64,000 nt of DNA from the human T2T-CHM13v2.0 reference genome, Homo sapiens. The stretch lies in assembly GCF_009914755.1 (NCBI RefSeq), contig NC_060933.1. One strand, 5' to 3'. Positions 1-12,725 of the stretch are shown piece after piece. Within the stretch, counting starts at the first letter, position 1. Each line of letters opens with the position of its first letter. The translations under genes were made by a program, and so were the position numbers. Under the pieces are notes generated by a model. It was given only the letters and a program-made list of their open reading frames with translations. It was not told the DNA's origin and made no database searches.

Positions 1-125
1 AGTTTTTATAGATTTTTACATATGTAAGATTATGTGGTTTGCAAAGAGAGGCAATTGGATTCCTTTTTTCCAATGTGGATACCCTTTCTTTCTTTCTCTG
101 GCCTAACTTCTCTAGCTGGAACCTC
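1..125 (-). mobile_element. L1 ORF2 (RT region) fragment, cut by the window edge
   Basis: GATTATGTGGTTTGCAAAGAGAGGCAATTGGATTCCTTTTTTCCAATGTGGATACCCTTTCTTTC resembles the antisense of the L1 RT segment around the LFADDMI motif. Confidence 0.7.
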
Positions 126-639
126 TGTTTTCTCAAGTTTTTACTTTTTTAAGGAGGAAAACAGACCAGCCAATGTAGATGAAGTACAGGCTTTTAAAAA
201 TAAAGAATCCTGCTAGAAGAGTGCACGATCACTCTAACTATAGCCAGGGGTGATACATACTACCAACTGAAGTCAGGCAATGGTTCTCTTAACATAGTTT
301 CTAAATATTTCTATTATACAATACTACTTATGTTTACTATTTTACTTTCTCAACATCCACAGCAAATAGCAATAGCTAATATATTACGAAATCTGCAATT
401 ATGTAGGGTTGACTCTCAGAATATTTAACAAGCATATGACATGTACAGCAACCATCCAAAACCAATACTAGAATGTCATTAACCAATAAAAGGGATAACC
501 ATAAACAACCTGTATAGCCTCACTCTTTTTACATATAACCCTATGGCACTAACAGCTGTTATGGAAGATTTTGAGTAAAACATTGCATTAGCTGTGACAT
601 TTTCCATCAGGAGAAATCGAACCTAAAAAAGATGAAGCA

Positions 640-830
640 AAGATAGATTTTATCAGCTCATAAATCCATGATTGTGCTAGTTTCTTATGTCACTGATCCA
701 TGGATCAATCAATGTCATCAGGACTCAAAACTCTCTTTTTTCTGTCACCCTTGCTCTTCTCTGTGTTGGATTCATGCTCAGACAGTGTCTTACGAAATGG
801 TAGGGATCATGTCACCTCATTTTCACTACA
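640..830 (-). mobile_element. Old MaLR (MLT1-like) LTR fragment
   Basis: AATGTCATCAGGACTC...CTCTGTGTTGGATTCATGCTCAGACAG resembles the MLT1K/N-type antisense consensus; highly diverged. Confidence 0.4.
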
Positions 831-854
831 GATGTCCCTGACTAGATAGCTTCC

Positions 855-1040
855 AGTTAAATAATTCCTGAATGTTGATTTTCATTAGACTATCTGCATG
901 TTTATTGAAAATGCCCATTCTAACATTCCACAGAGATTTGAGGTCACTAAGTCTTGTGTGTGACTTGGCAATCTGAAGTTTCAGCACATATTCCAGGTTC
1001 TTCTGATGCAGATGGACTAAGATCACACAGCTCTAGAAAT
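855..1040. mobile_element. MER5-like hAT-Charlie MITE
   Basis: TTGAAAATGCCCATTC...GGCAATCTG...CCAGGTTCTTCTGATGCAGATGG follows the MER5B pattern. Confidence 0.5.
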
Positions 1041-1659
1041 AGGCTTTGGCCTATGTTATATATAAACTGCTACCTCCGCAGTGGTAGTTTCACACATTGT
1101 AGGGATTATCATCACTTCTTAAATTAAAATCTTAGGTAGAACTCCACTACATTAAAAAAAGAAAAGAAAAGTCTCATAGACTGTACATTATATCTACTGA
1201 TATATTAAAAGGGCCATTTATGAATATGAGAATTGAAGTTGAGAATCCAAAAATTCATAATCTTTCATCTTTTGGTGAGAAAACAGGCGTACTGATATGT
1301 CTGCCTCAATGTTGCATAGTGAGCTAGGTATCAGAACAGAATCCCTCAGTTCAGCCGGCTGACTCCTAGTGTGTCTATCTCTTCTTGATGTATAAACTCC
1401 TGCCATATATATTTTTTACTGGATTTTGAGGAAATAGATGATTAGCAAGCAAATATTTCTATTCACTCTGCCCATTTTCTTTTTAAATTGTGAATTACAT
1501 GGTGTGAACAAATCTAGCCAGGGGCCTATTCTCAGAAGAGAAACAATATATAAGGAATATATAAACAAACAGGATAATTGAGGATTATAACAGATTTTGT
1601 AAGGACAATGAATAGTGATGTGTTACGGGGATAATCAAGGGTAGGAAATACTTAAGTAG

Positions 1660-1802
1660 CTTTCATGTCAGTTTACACATTTGTCTTCTTAGCTTGACAG
1701 AAAACTCATTGATGTCAAGGACCAGAACATCTTTATGTTTGGTTCCTTCACTGCTAGCATGTGGCCTCTATAATATAACTTATGTTTATAAATGTTGAAT
1801 TT
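1660..1802 (+). mobile_element. L2 3' end fragment
   Basis: AAACTCATTGATGTCAAGGACCAG...CTAGCATGTGGCC...AAATGTTGAAT resembles the L2 terminus. Confidence 0.4.
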
Positions 1803-1892
1803 TACCTATGTATAACTCCTCTGCTCATACTAATGAGTATACAGATAGAAATCTGAAATTTTACATAAGAAACCTAATAAACAAAGCACTGA

Positions 1893-2200
1893 TTTTTATT
1901 TTTTATTTTTTATTTTTTTGCGATGGATTTTTCTCTTGTTGCCCAGGCTGGAGGGCGATGGCACCATCTTGGCTCACCGCAACCTCCACCTCCTGGGTTC
2001 AAGTGATTCTCCTGCCTCAGACTCCCGAGTAGCTGAGATTGCAGGCATGTGCCACCATGCCTGACTAATTTTGTATTTTCAGTAGGGACGGGGTTTCTCT
2101 GTGTTAGTCAGGGTAGTCTCGAACTCCCAACTTCAGGTGATCCGCCTGCCTCAGCCTCCCAAAGTGCTGGGATTACAGGTGTGAGCCACCACACCTGGCC
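1893..2200 (-). mobile_element. Alu, AluSp-like, full length
   Basis: Dimeric Alu in antisense: T-rich tail from 1893, ends in GGCC at 2200. Sp-type features CTCTTGTTGCCC, GGCTCACCGCAACC, GGGTTTCTC. Confidence 0.95.
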
Positions 2201-2519
2201 CTTCATACCATTATTTCTAAACCATACAATAGCAATGCAAAAAAGGTACTATTTACCTGCAGTCATTAAGTGAGTGATTCAGCAAATGGTCCAAGAATGT
2301 AGGCCATTGGAAAAGACAGTATTTATACCCAGGACTGTCTGACTCCACAATATTTTTATCCCATAAACCAAATTATTTATCAGTTTACTACTATTCAACT
2401 GTAGTCATCTCACTACCTTCAGTTCTGATGTGTACTTGCCTCTAACCGTAAAGGTAGGTTCTGCTCTATGATGATATCACCCATTGAGATTAACAGCATG
2501 AGGATGCTCATGTTTCTCA

Positions 2520-2648
2520 TAAGTGGGATTCCTTTTCTTACAAACTGGGACCATTTGAAGGTAAATTGAGGCATTATTAGTAATTAAACTGGGACAATAA
2601 TATTAAATCAAAACTATCTGAGGCATAAGAGGAGGTGTAGTCACCCCA
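2520..2648. mobile_element. MER94-like hAT-Blackjack MITE
   Basis: CAAACTGGGACCATTTGAAG...TTATTAGTAATTAAACTGGGACAA...GTAGTCACCCC matches the MER94 layout of about 130 bp. Confidence 0.5.
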
Positions 2649-3544
2649 CTCAAAGAAAATGCTTTTTAAAGTTCTGATTATTCATTTCCACACATTATTT
2701 ATTTTACTATCCATATCACTGATATGAGGCTGGTGTTTTTTATCTTAATTTCCAAGTTGAAAGGGTAAGACCCAAAACAAGTATGACAATGATTATTAAG
2801 TAAAAGAACTGATATCCGTGCAAGGAACTACTACTGGACTCTGAAACGTATTTCCCAGTACCTAATAATAATAAAATTGGTTTGGTCACTTATTACATTA
2901 TATGGTGCAAGAATGTAATAATGATAATGAGATCTATGCAAAGGATGCTATTAGAACTGTACATTTTCTTGACAAACGTGTTTCAAAAAAAACAACACAG
3001 CCAATGTTAAGGAAGAATAATATTGCTTAATCTTTGTTGATTCTCAAATTGAATTTTATAACATCTGTAATAAATAGTTCTCAAAAACTCAGGCTGGAGA
3101 TTGATTTGTGTATCTTCTAAAAGCCACCCAGGATTGATAACCACTGGTCTCAAAAATTTAATAACAGTAATGAAAATATTACATTTACATTTGTACTACA
3201 CATGGACCGTTCTGAAAAATTTGTGGTCTATGAGGTTATTTGTTTTGATTGTCTCAAATAATTTAGGTTTTTTTAGATTATGCGTAAACCTTCTTTGGCC
3301 TTGTTACAGTTTTAGCAATAAGTAAACTGCCCTGTTAATAACTTGAACATTTAAGACATTTGTGCCCGGGTCTTTCTAATACTTGTGAGATTTATGCTAC
3401 AGATTAACTGCATGGGTATCAAACAAGGCACCAATGACTGACTTCAGGCAAGTAAGGAAAGAAGTAAAATGACAGCATCTTCTTAGTTCTGAAATGCCTT
3501 TAAGGTCTTGGATTCTGACATTCTGAGAGGTTAATAGCTGAATA

Positions 3545-3770
3545 ACAATAGTAAAAATAAAAACAATGTCATTTATCACTTATTGAGCCCATTAAATGTG
3601 AGGCATAGTGCTAAGTACTTTGCATACATTATCTCTAATTCTAACAACAAACTTCATTCTGAAAATGAAAAATAGTGAGGATGAAAGTGGTTATGTAAAT
3701 TGTCCAAGGTCACGCAGTAAGTAAACAGATCTTGCCACACATTTAGATCTAACCATTTATTTCCTACTGT
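3545..3770 (-). mobile_element. MIR
   Basis: CTTATTGAG...GGCATAGTGCTAAGTACTTTGCATACATTATCTC...TTGTCCAAGGTCACGCAG is the MIR core in antisense. Confidence 0.65.
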
Positions 3771-4355
3771 CCTGCATCCCCCTCTCTCTCTATCCCAAAG
3801 AGTTAGCCTTTTGTAAGTGTTAATGCCAACAAAGGTTCATAGAGTATTGAATAATATTAAAGTTGAAAATTAATTAATCTTTTTAAAAATTTGATGCTCA
3901 AAATGTTGAAAAAAAATTTTAAAACCCCAAATATTTCAAGTGCCTCTTCTTTGTTAAAGATGCTGCTCGAGTTTAATCCTCAGAATTCTGCTCTGTTGGA
4001 GGTAGTTCAAGGGTGCAAGTGAGTTCCATCTCATGTTTGCTTACGCAGCTGATATATGAGCTGCTTTCACATACCGGGAGAAATTTTTTGGCAACTCTTG
4101 GTTTGTCATAGTAAACATGGCCTAAAATATGAATAATTACATCATAACACATAATACACAGGCTAATTAGATGTGGCTTTCTGGATTCAGAGAAAATAAT
4201 CACACAATGGTTCATAAAGTCTGTTTTTCCTTATGTTTTTTTTCTTTCATAATGTGTACTTTACTCATTGCCTTTAGACCATTTTGCATCTAAGAAGAAC
4301 TAGATGGTCATTTTTATTGTCCAAAAATAGTTCTTATATGAGGAGATAAATAAGT

Positions 4356-4410
4356 CACACATACATACATACACACACACGCCCCCCCCCCCCCCACACA
4401 CACACCCACC
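4356..4410. repeat. (CA)n/(CATA)n microsatellite interrupted by a C14 run
   Basis: Seen directly; C run at 4382-4395. Confidence 0.9.
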
Positions 4411-4513
4411 TCTAGCATTTGGAATTATAAAACATTTCTAGTGTGTTTCATCTCCATTTTCAGGAAAGCAAATAAAAACATCTCATGCCTTCGAGAAAAT
4501 GTGAAAACTGATG

Positions 4514-4544
<31 letters not shown>
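4514..4544. repeat. (CA)n microsatellite
   Basis: About 13 perfect CA units. Confidence 0.95.
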
Positions 4545-4889
4545 TCATTGCTGTTTTTGTATATTTCTTGAAAACTAACTCAGAATTATTTCCCAATAAT
4601 AACAGTTACCAGTTGTTGAGGACTTGATTCTTTTCAAACCTTGTATCAATTAAGTCCCTGACATCATTACAAGGTAGGCAGTATTTCTATGCCAATTTTA
4701 CAAGTACTAAAAACAAGTCATTGGATTTAATTAACTTGCTTTTTCTATATAGAATTCAAACTTGCACCAACACTTTTAAGTATTATTAGATACCATTCTT
4801 CCAAATAACAGAAATTATTTGATTGATAATAAATGATGGCAATCACTATTGTTTTATAGATTGAAAACCTTAAGTAATTTAGTCAGCAG

Positions 4890-4933
4890 CAAAAACAAAA
4901 ACAAAACAAAACAAAACAAAACAAAACAAAAAA
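4890..4933. repeat. (CAAAA)n pentanucleotide repeat
   Basis: Seen directly. Confidence 0.95.
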
Positions 4934-6258
4934 CTCTTAAATTCCCCTATTTGTCCTCTCAGGAAGATACAAATTATTTGGAAAGCACTGGAGTTTTAAA
5001 CATCAAGTAAGTATAATGTCAATTTTCTAATGAAGATGGCTGCAGGCTTATAGAAACTGACAATACTGAATGGTTATTTGGTATATAAACTATATAATAA
5101 AAGCAAATCTGACAGGCTACTCAGAAAGACTGTCATGCCATGGACTGCTACATACTTAATTTCTTCTCTTTTCATGAGCAAGAATAATGGTAAAGTTTGA
5201 TGGCAAAATATCTGGGATCAATTGTCCTATCACAGAATGTTGCTATCAAAAATGCCATGAAAATACTGCCCACAAAATTTGTTCCTGGGCACATTGAAAG
5301 AATAAGGGCATTCATATGCTTCAGGTATTAAATCCATCAGTCCAAGGGTGCATGGATAAAATGTGAATAATTCCACTGAGGTGAAGGAGATGGTGATTGG
5401 TGGTATTCACAGTTTTCTTAAATCATATGCTGACATTAAAAGAAATACATTTTCTCTTCTAAGTTAAGTTCGGCTTGAGACATTGCTCACAAGGGAGAAA
5501 AGGCAGAATTGTTCCCATAAAAGAAAACATATATTCAGTTAAAGCTGAAAGCATATTTGAAATATAAGTTCCTTTTCAAATATAAAAGAATTTTCTTCCA
5601 GATCTCAAAACACAATGAAAGCTTATACATTCAAGAAGTTATATGCAAGGCAATAAAACTGAGCTAAAACAATACCAAGAAAATGGTGAAACATTTTAAA
5701 AAGCAATATTTAAAAAAAATGTTAGATTTCAAAGTTTGTATTGATGTTTATAGTGTCTCTTTTTCTTTTAGTAATTTCCTGCTATTGCTCCAGGTTTAGT
5801 AATGTATATTTTTTCAAATACATGATATGTAGTACGTAAAAATATATACCATATATTTTTTAGTATATTAAGTGCTGTGGCCACAGAAAATTTCCTTTTA
5901 TTTAGGATGCAATGGTCTTGATAAAAATACAACATTAACATCCATCAATAATTAGAGAAAAATAAAAAGCATATAACTAAATGCTAAAACATGTGGTACG
6001 TGGACTGTCTCTGATATCATATTTGAAAGAAGAAAGGACTGCTAAGAGATGGAACTGTCAAAGGATTAATCATGCTGTCTACAGGCTTCCTTCATATGCC
6101 ACATGCTACCCACTACCTGGGTCAACTTGGATAAGTTATTCTGTTTCTCTGGGCCCTACGTTATCTGTTGAAGACATGTAATAATGCCTATATGATGGAT
6201 TTAATTTTAAAGGCAAATAAATTGGAATAAATTAGAATGTGCACTCAGTATACACTTC

Positions 6259-6296
6259 CATGATGATGATGATGGTGATAATGATGATGATGATGA
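6259..6296. repeat. (ATG)n trinucleotide repeat, probably the tail of an upstream MIR
   Basis: CATGATGATGATGATGGTGATAATGATGATGATGATGA. Confidence 0.85.
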
Positions 6297-6449
6297 CAGT
6301 TAAGTGGTAAAGGGTGGAGTGTAGCGAGGATGAGGGCAGACTAGGCAGTAGACACTAAGGAAAATAATGAGATATTTTTAGTATTTATTACCTAGTAAAA
6401 AAATCAGACTTGGTGAGCTAGAAGCTGGAGGGTATCAAAGTCCAACAGA

Positions 6450-6598
6450 GGCAGATTCAATTCTTGACTCACAATCATCACTGTGTTTTCAATCAATTTG
6501 ATTAGCCTTGCTGATCCTTAGTTTTCTCAACATGTAACACAGTGACAGGAACATCAACATTACAGGGAAATTTTGAAGATAATATGTCAAAATAGCAT
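6450..6598 (+). mobile_element. MIR fragment
   Basis: GATTCAATTCTTGACTC...CCTTAGTTTTCTCAACATGTAA resembles the MIR core. Confidence 0.45.
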
Positions 6599-6617
6599 AA
6601 TTTTCTGTTGTGCTCAG

Positions 6618-6893
6618 CAGGGCTGATTTACCCATCAGACACAGTAGGTAGGACTAGTGTCTAGTGCCCATAGTACATTTAGAGGTCTACAAAATGTTTT
6701 AATTTTAATTTATTTAAAATCAGAAGAAAAATGAATATAAAAATAAATATATAATAGTTAATTCAAGCTGGATTATATTCTTTTTTAAAACAACGCAATT
6801 GTAAAACATACTTGGTAGTATTTTTTTTAATGAAGAAAGAGGTCCATGAAGGCGAAAATGCCTAGAGCTCGCAAATGTCATATTGCAGTGCTG
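6618..6893 (+). mobile_element. Non-autonomous hAT (Tip100-type) element, ORSL-like, 276 bp
   Basis: Termini CAGGGCTG...CAGTGCTG; 8-bp degenerate TSD GTGCTCAG (6610-6617) / GCGTTCAG (6894-6901); internal GTGTCTAGTGCCCA and TGCCTAGAGCTC motifs. Confidence 0.75.
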
Positions 6894-7549
6894 GCGTTCA
6901 GTTCTATTCTTGCCCCATTTGACACCTAGTCAATAGAAGAGGGCTAGGCCAAGAGAATCACAGAAACAGAGTTTGAGCTCTGCTCCATACCTGAAACCTG
7001 GTAGCCCCTGTCCTTGCAGTTATCTACAGAAATACTTTTGATCATTTTAGTCAGTTTTTATTGCATTTTATCTAACCCAAAGAATCTTAATAGATAAAAA
7101 TTAATAAAATCAAATCTGCTTGAATTATCACAGGTATATTTCAATGTTTCACTTTCATCATAAGAGAACTCTCCCAGTCAACATGTTCTTAACAGTCTCT
7201 GGGGAGCTACTCTGCCACATGAATCCCATTCAGCATCTGTATCTGGCCCTAGCAGTTCCCCGAGAAGACAGGTAAGGAAGTGATCAAGAGGTACAGACAG
7301 GTGGGCGAGGTTGGGAGAGTAAGATCTTTTGGGGAGAGGTGGGGTGCTGGAAATTTTAATAGACACAAAATTTTAATAAGATCTCCTCTTTATCATATAC
7401 CTGGACATTCCTAGATATTTGAGAAAAAAGTAAGTAAACCAGTTCAGTGAAATGACTTAAAGTATAACACTTGTTTTAACCTAGAATTCTAGAGTCATGG
7501 TATTCTAAGCATACTTTGATTCAACAATATCTAGTCTTGTTTAAAAAAT

Positions 7550-7645
7550 TAATGAGCTTTATTTTTTAAAGCAGTTTTAGGTTCACAGCAAAATGGGGTA
7601 GAACGTTGAAGTGTCTATATAATCTTTGTACCCACACATGCACCA
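7550..7645 (-). mobile_element. L1MC/L1MD-type 3' end fragment
   Basis: CTTTATTTTTTAAAGCAGTTTTAGGTTCACAGCAAAAT is a typical antisense L1MC 3' terminus. Confidence 0.65.
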
Positions 7646-9344
7646 TTTGAAGAATTGTTCTTTTCTTTCATTGTCCAGATACTTGAGAAGAGGGGAGTCT
7701 GGCACAAGGATGAGAAAAGCCAAAGAAGCATCACAAGTAAGCACACATTATCTTGTACCAGCACTACAGATAGAATCATAGTTCAGGTATTTACTGCCAT
7801 TCTCTTCTGAGGACATCAGCTATTATCCGTAGATGGCAGTGGTTCTAAGCACAACTTAAATAGCACATTTATGCTTAAAATAAGCTTGTTTATAAACAGA
7901 AATTACAAATATTCACAGAAGATAATTGAGGCTATGAAGAGACAATTAAGGCTCCTCCTTAGGGCAGCATTTTGTTTTGTTCTATATTTTACTGAAGGAT
8001 TTAAATAGCAATATCACAATTATGCAAATAAGTAATTGCTAAAGTTCTAGTTTGCAAGGAAGTTTAACTCAAATGCTTCTAACATGTAGACGCTACTCTC
8101 TTTAAATAGTTTCTTAAGTAAAGCCAGTAAAATTATTGGCAAACTGCATATTTAAAAGTTGATTTTTCTTCTCCATCTTAATGAAATCATTTTAAATTCT
8201 GCAGTTCTGTGATAAGGAAAAAAATCTGCATTCAGAGTATGACTAAATGCTTTCTAATATATTGATATCTAAGAATAAGATCTATCCTTTAAAAGCATTG
8301 TGGTACAATAAATGCTTCTTTGTCTTAGAAATCATGCATAGAACATGACAGCAGAAAGACTCAGTGGAGACAGACCACTTTAATTTTTACTGATAATATG
8401 ATGATCACAGGTGCATTTTTAATTATCTCACCACATTGCTTTCCCCATCAGCTGTCACTAGTAATTTCATACAGCAAGTACGTTGCCCTTATGACATTAC
8501 AGAATACAATTTAGAGTCATTTAGGATGCGTGAAGATTGACATGTGGCTTCACCATTTGTCAGGATGTAAACAAGGGAGTCAATGGATTTAGGAAATTAG
8601 ATGCCAATCATTTTTGCAACCTAGAGGTGAGGAAAAGCATGCATAAAGTAATAAAAATACGGAAGTTTTCAACAGTTGAGTGACTACTGCTAAGCTTACT
8701 AGAGTCTAAAGACAAATTAGGCAAAGGAAGCAACTTGTGGGTATTGGTTGGGAGATGGAGAGAAAAACATCACATTTTGGTCTTTGTCTCATTGCTAGAG
8801 GGCTTATAGAATCCTCACTAGGTAGCACTTGCAGTGAGTGATAATACCATGAACATAGAGGAGGCTCTGGATGCTCTGAGCCCAAGGAATAAGTAACTCA
8901 TTTCCTGGGCTCATGGTGTTACAGAAAACAAAGAAAGTAATGTCTTCTTTCTTTTTTTTTTTTTTTAAGTCATGCTATAATCCTCTCTGTGAAAATTCGT
9001 TCTCTGTTTGGACCTGCCTACTTCTCTGAAGTTAAAATTTTGAAAATCAACAAAACAGCAATAAAATCCCTTTGTATCCTATCACGTTTATGTTATATTA
9101 TAAATGCTTTTCTAGAAGTCCCTACCTACAGGTTTTCTGTGCTAAAAAAAATCCACACCATATAATAGTATTTTACTATCTTCTATAGGTGACTCATCTT
9201 TGTATCCTTTTTATAAACTAATGACCAGCTGCATTTTATATTTAAGTAAAGAAAAATCTTTAAGAATTGGAAAAAGTAATGGGTTAATAAGAGATTGATT
9301 TAAACTAATTATAATTAATAGGAAAATAAAAATTTTAAACATTT

Positions 9345-9730
9345 AAAAGTTCTATTGTATATAATAGAATACTATACAGCAAAAAAAAAATAACAAATGA
9401 AACCTTCTGGTCATGTAAGTCAGTCTGATGAATTCAAAAAATGTCATTTTGAATGAGAGATGCCAGGCATTAAGGTATACATATTTTAGGATTCCAGTTA
9501 TATGAACTCCAAGAATAGACATGGTAATAGAATCAGCATAGTAGTTAGTTCAGGAAAAGGGAATGGGGTATTTTTTAGGAAAAGAAGACAACATAACTTC
9601 CTGGGCATATGAAAATGTACTACTATATCTTGATCTGGAGGTGGCTACATGGATGTCTACGTATGCAAACAGTCAAATTGCATTCAAGATTCATGTTTGT
9701 TGCTGAATGTAAATCATACTTTAATAAAAA
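9345..9730 (+). mobile_element. L1ME-type 3' end
   Basis: GAATACTATACAGC...ATTCCAGTTATATGAACTCCAAGAATAG...CTATATCTTGATCTGGAGGTGGCTACATGG...TACTTTAATAAAAA. Confidence 0.7.
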
Positions 9731-9744
9731 GCAGAACAAACAAC

Positions 9745-9986
9745 ATTTGTTTATGGTTGTTATTGGTTTACATTCATTCAGTGCCCATATACATTATTTC
9801 ATTTAATCCTTGCAACAACTCTATGAGAAAGACACTGTTATTGGGCCCATTTTTAGATGAAAACTGAGGTACAAGGAAGAAACAAAATTTTACGAGGTCA
9901 TATAGGTATTACATTGCAGAATGAAGATCAGAACTCAAAGTGTCTGGTTCTGGAGCCTACAGTCTTGACCACCAAGCAATACTGCT
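9745..9986 (-). mobile_element. MIR
   Basis: TTATTTCATTTAATCCTTGCAACAACTCTATGAG...CCCATTTTTAGATGAAAACTGAGG is the MIR core. Confidence 0.75.
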
Positions 9987-10729
9987 TCTTCCTATTAGGT
10001 CTCTATATACCCGGTTTTTATTTTGTAGAGAAGCTTCATGTAACAGTAAACAATAGGCTTCTACAGAGAAAATGAGTTATTAGAAGCATCAATGCATTGG
10101 AAATTGAAAGCAAAAACTATCAAAGTGGGTTTCTGGGATTTAAATAATTTCCAGTTTATGAATTATGCATATGGATGTGTAATGCTTTTAACTGTAAATG
10201 TCACATTGTTCCCCAAAGTGCATTCAAGATAAGCCATTTGCCTCTTGCAGTTTTTGAAAGATCAATGGATGTTCAAATGTGTCAAACAGCTGTCGTTTCA
10301 GGACTTCTCTCTCCACTGTAAAAATAATCTATAATACATTTTCAGAAAACTGATACATGTTTTGAAAACAACTATTATGGGTTAAAAAATTGAAGCATAA
10401 TCCACTAATTCTAGACTTAATATCTAAGCATGATTTGTAAAGTAGTAAAACATGTCATTATATCTCTAAATAGAAATAGGTTTTAGGCTTTAGAGTACTA
10501 AATTTAGTAACATTTAGAAGAAACGTTTTGGAATAAAAAATAATATTCATAAATGCAGCTGGTTAAATCATTATGAATATAGCACCTCTACTTATCTGTA
10601 TCAATCTTAAATTTTGATCACTTTGCTTAGTGCATAGCTCATTTTCAATCTTTCTTCTCTGAAGTTCCAGTTTTTAGTGTATGTTTATATAATATTCACT
10701 GCATTTTTTCCAATCCTTCAACTTCCTTA

Positions 10730-12130
<1,401 letters not shown>

Positions 12131-12233
12131 TGTGAAGAGATATTTGTCTTTTCTGGTGCCAGTACCATATTATTTTAAATAAATTATAGTTTTAATAATA
12201 AAATAGAGCAAACCAGTCATTACTCATTTTCTT

Positions 12234-12725
12234 TTTTATTATTATTATGATACTTTAAGTTTTAGGGTACATTTGCACAATGTGCAGGTTGGTTACATAT
12301 GTATACATGTGCCATGTTGGTGTGCTGCACCCATTAACTTGTCATTTAGCATTAGGTATATCTCCTAATGCTATCCCTCCCCCTTCCCCCCACCCAACAA
12401 CAGTCCCCGGTGTGTGATGTTCCCCTTCCTGTGTCCAAGTGTTCTCATTGTTCAATTCCCACCTATGAGTGAGAACATGTGGTGTTTAGTTTTTTGTCCT
12501 TGCGATAGTTTGCTGAGAATGATGGTTTCCAGCTTCATCCATGTCCCCACAAAGGACACGAACTCATCCTTTTTTATGGCTGCATAGTATTCCATGGTGT
12601 ATATGTGCCACATTTTCTTAATCCAGTCTATCATTGTTGGATATTTGGGTCGGTTCCAAGTCTTTGCTATTGTGAATAGTGCCGCAATAAACATACATGT
12701 GCATGTGTCTTTATAGCAGCATGAT
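12234..12725 (-). mobile_element. 5'-truncated young L1PA (about L1PA3-5)
   Basis: Near-consensus L1PA 3' UTR. ORF 12452-12694 encodes the ORF2p C-terminus (MFIAALFTIAKTWN...WHIYTMEYYAAIK). TSD TCATTTTCTT at 12224-12233 and 12726-12735; endonuclease site TT/AAGA on the minus strand. Confidence 0.96.

Noticed and set aside
1880-2215. No obvious TSD around this AluSp (nor the one at 47056), suggesting recombination-derived chimeras
   Set aside because: TSDs in A/T-rich flanks decay readily; a rearrangement cannot be supported without orthologues
12452-12694. 80-aa ORF matching the L1 ORF2p C-terminus
   Set aside because: Real homology, but part of a 0.5-kb 5'-truncated L1 with no promoter; not a functional CDS
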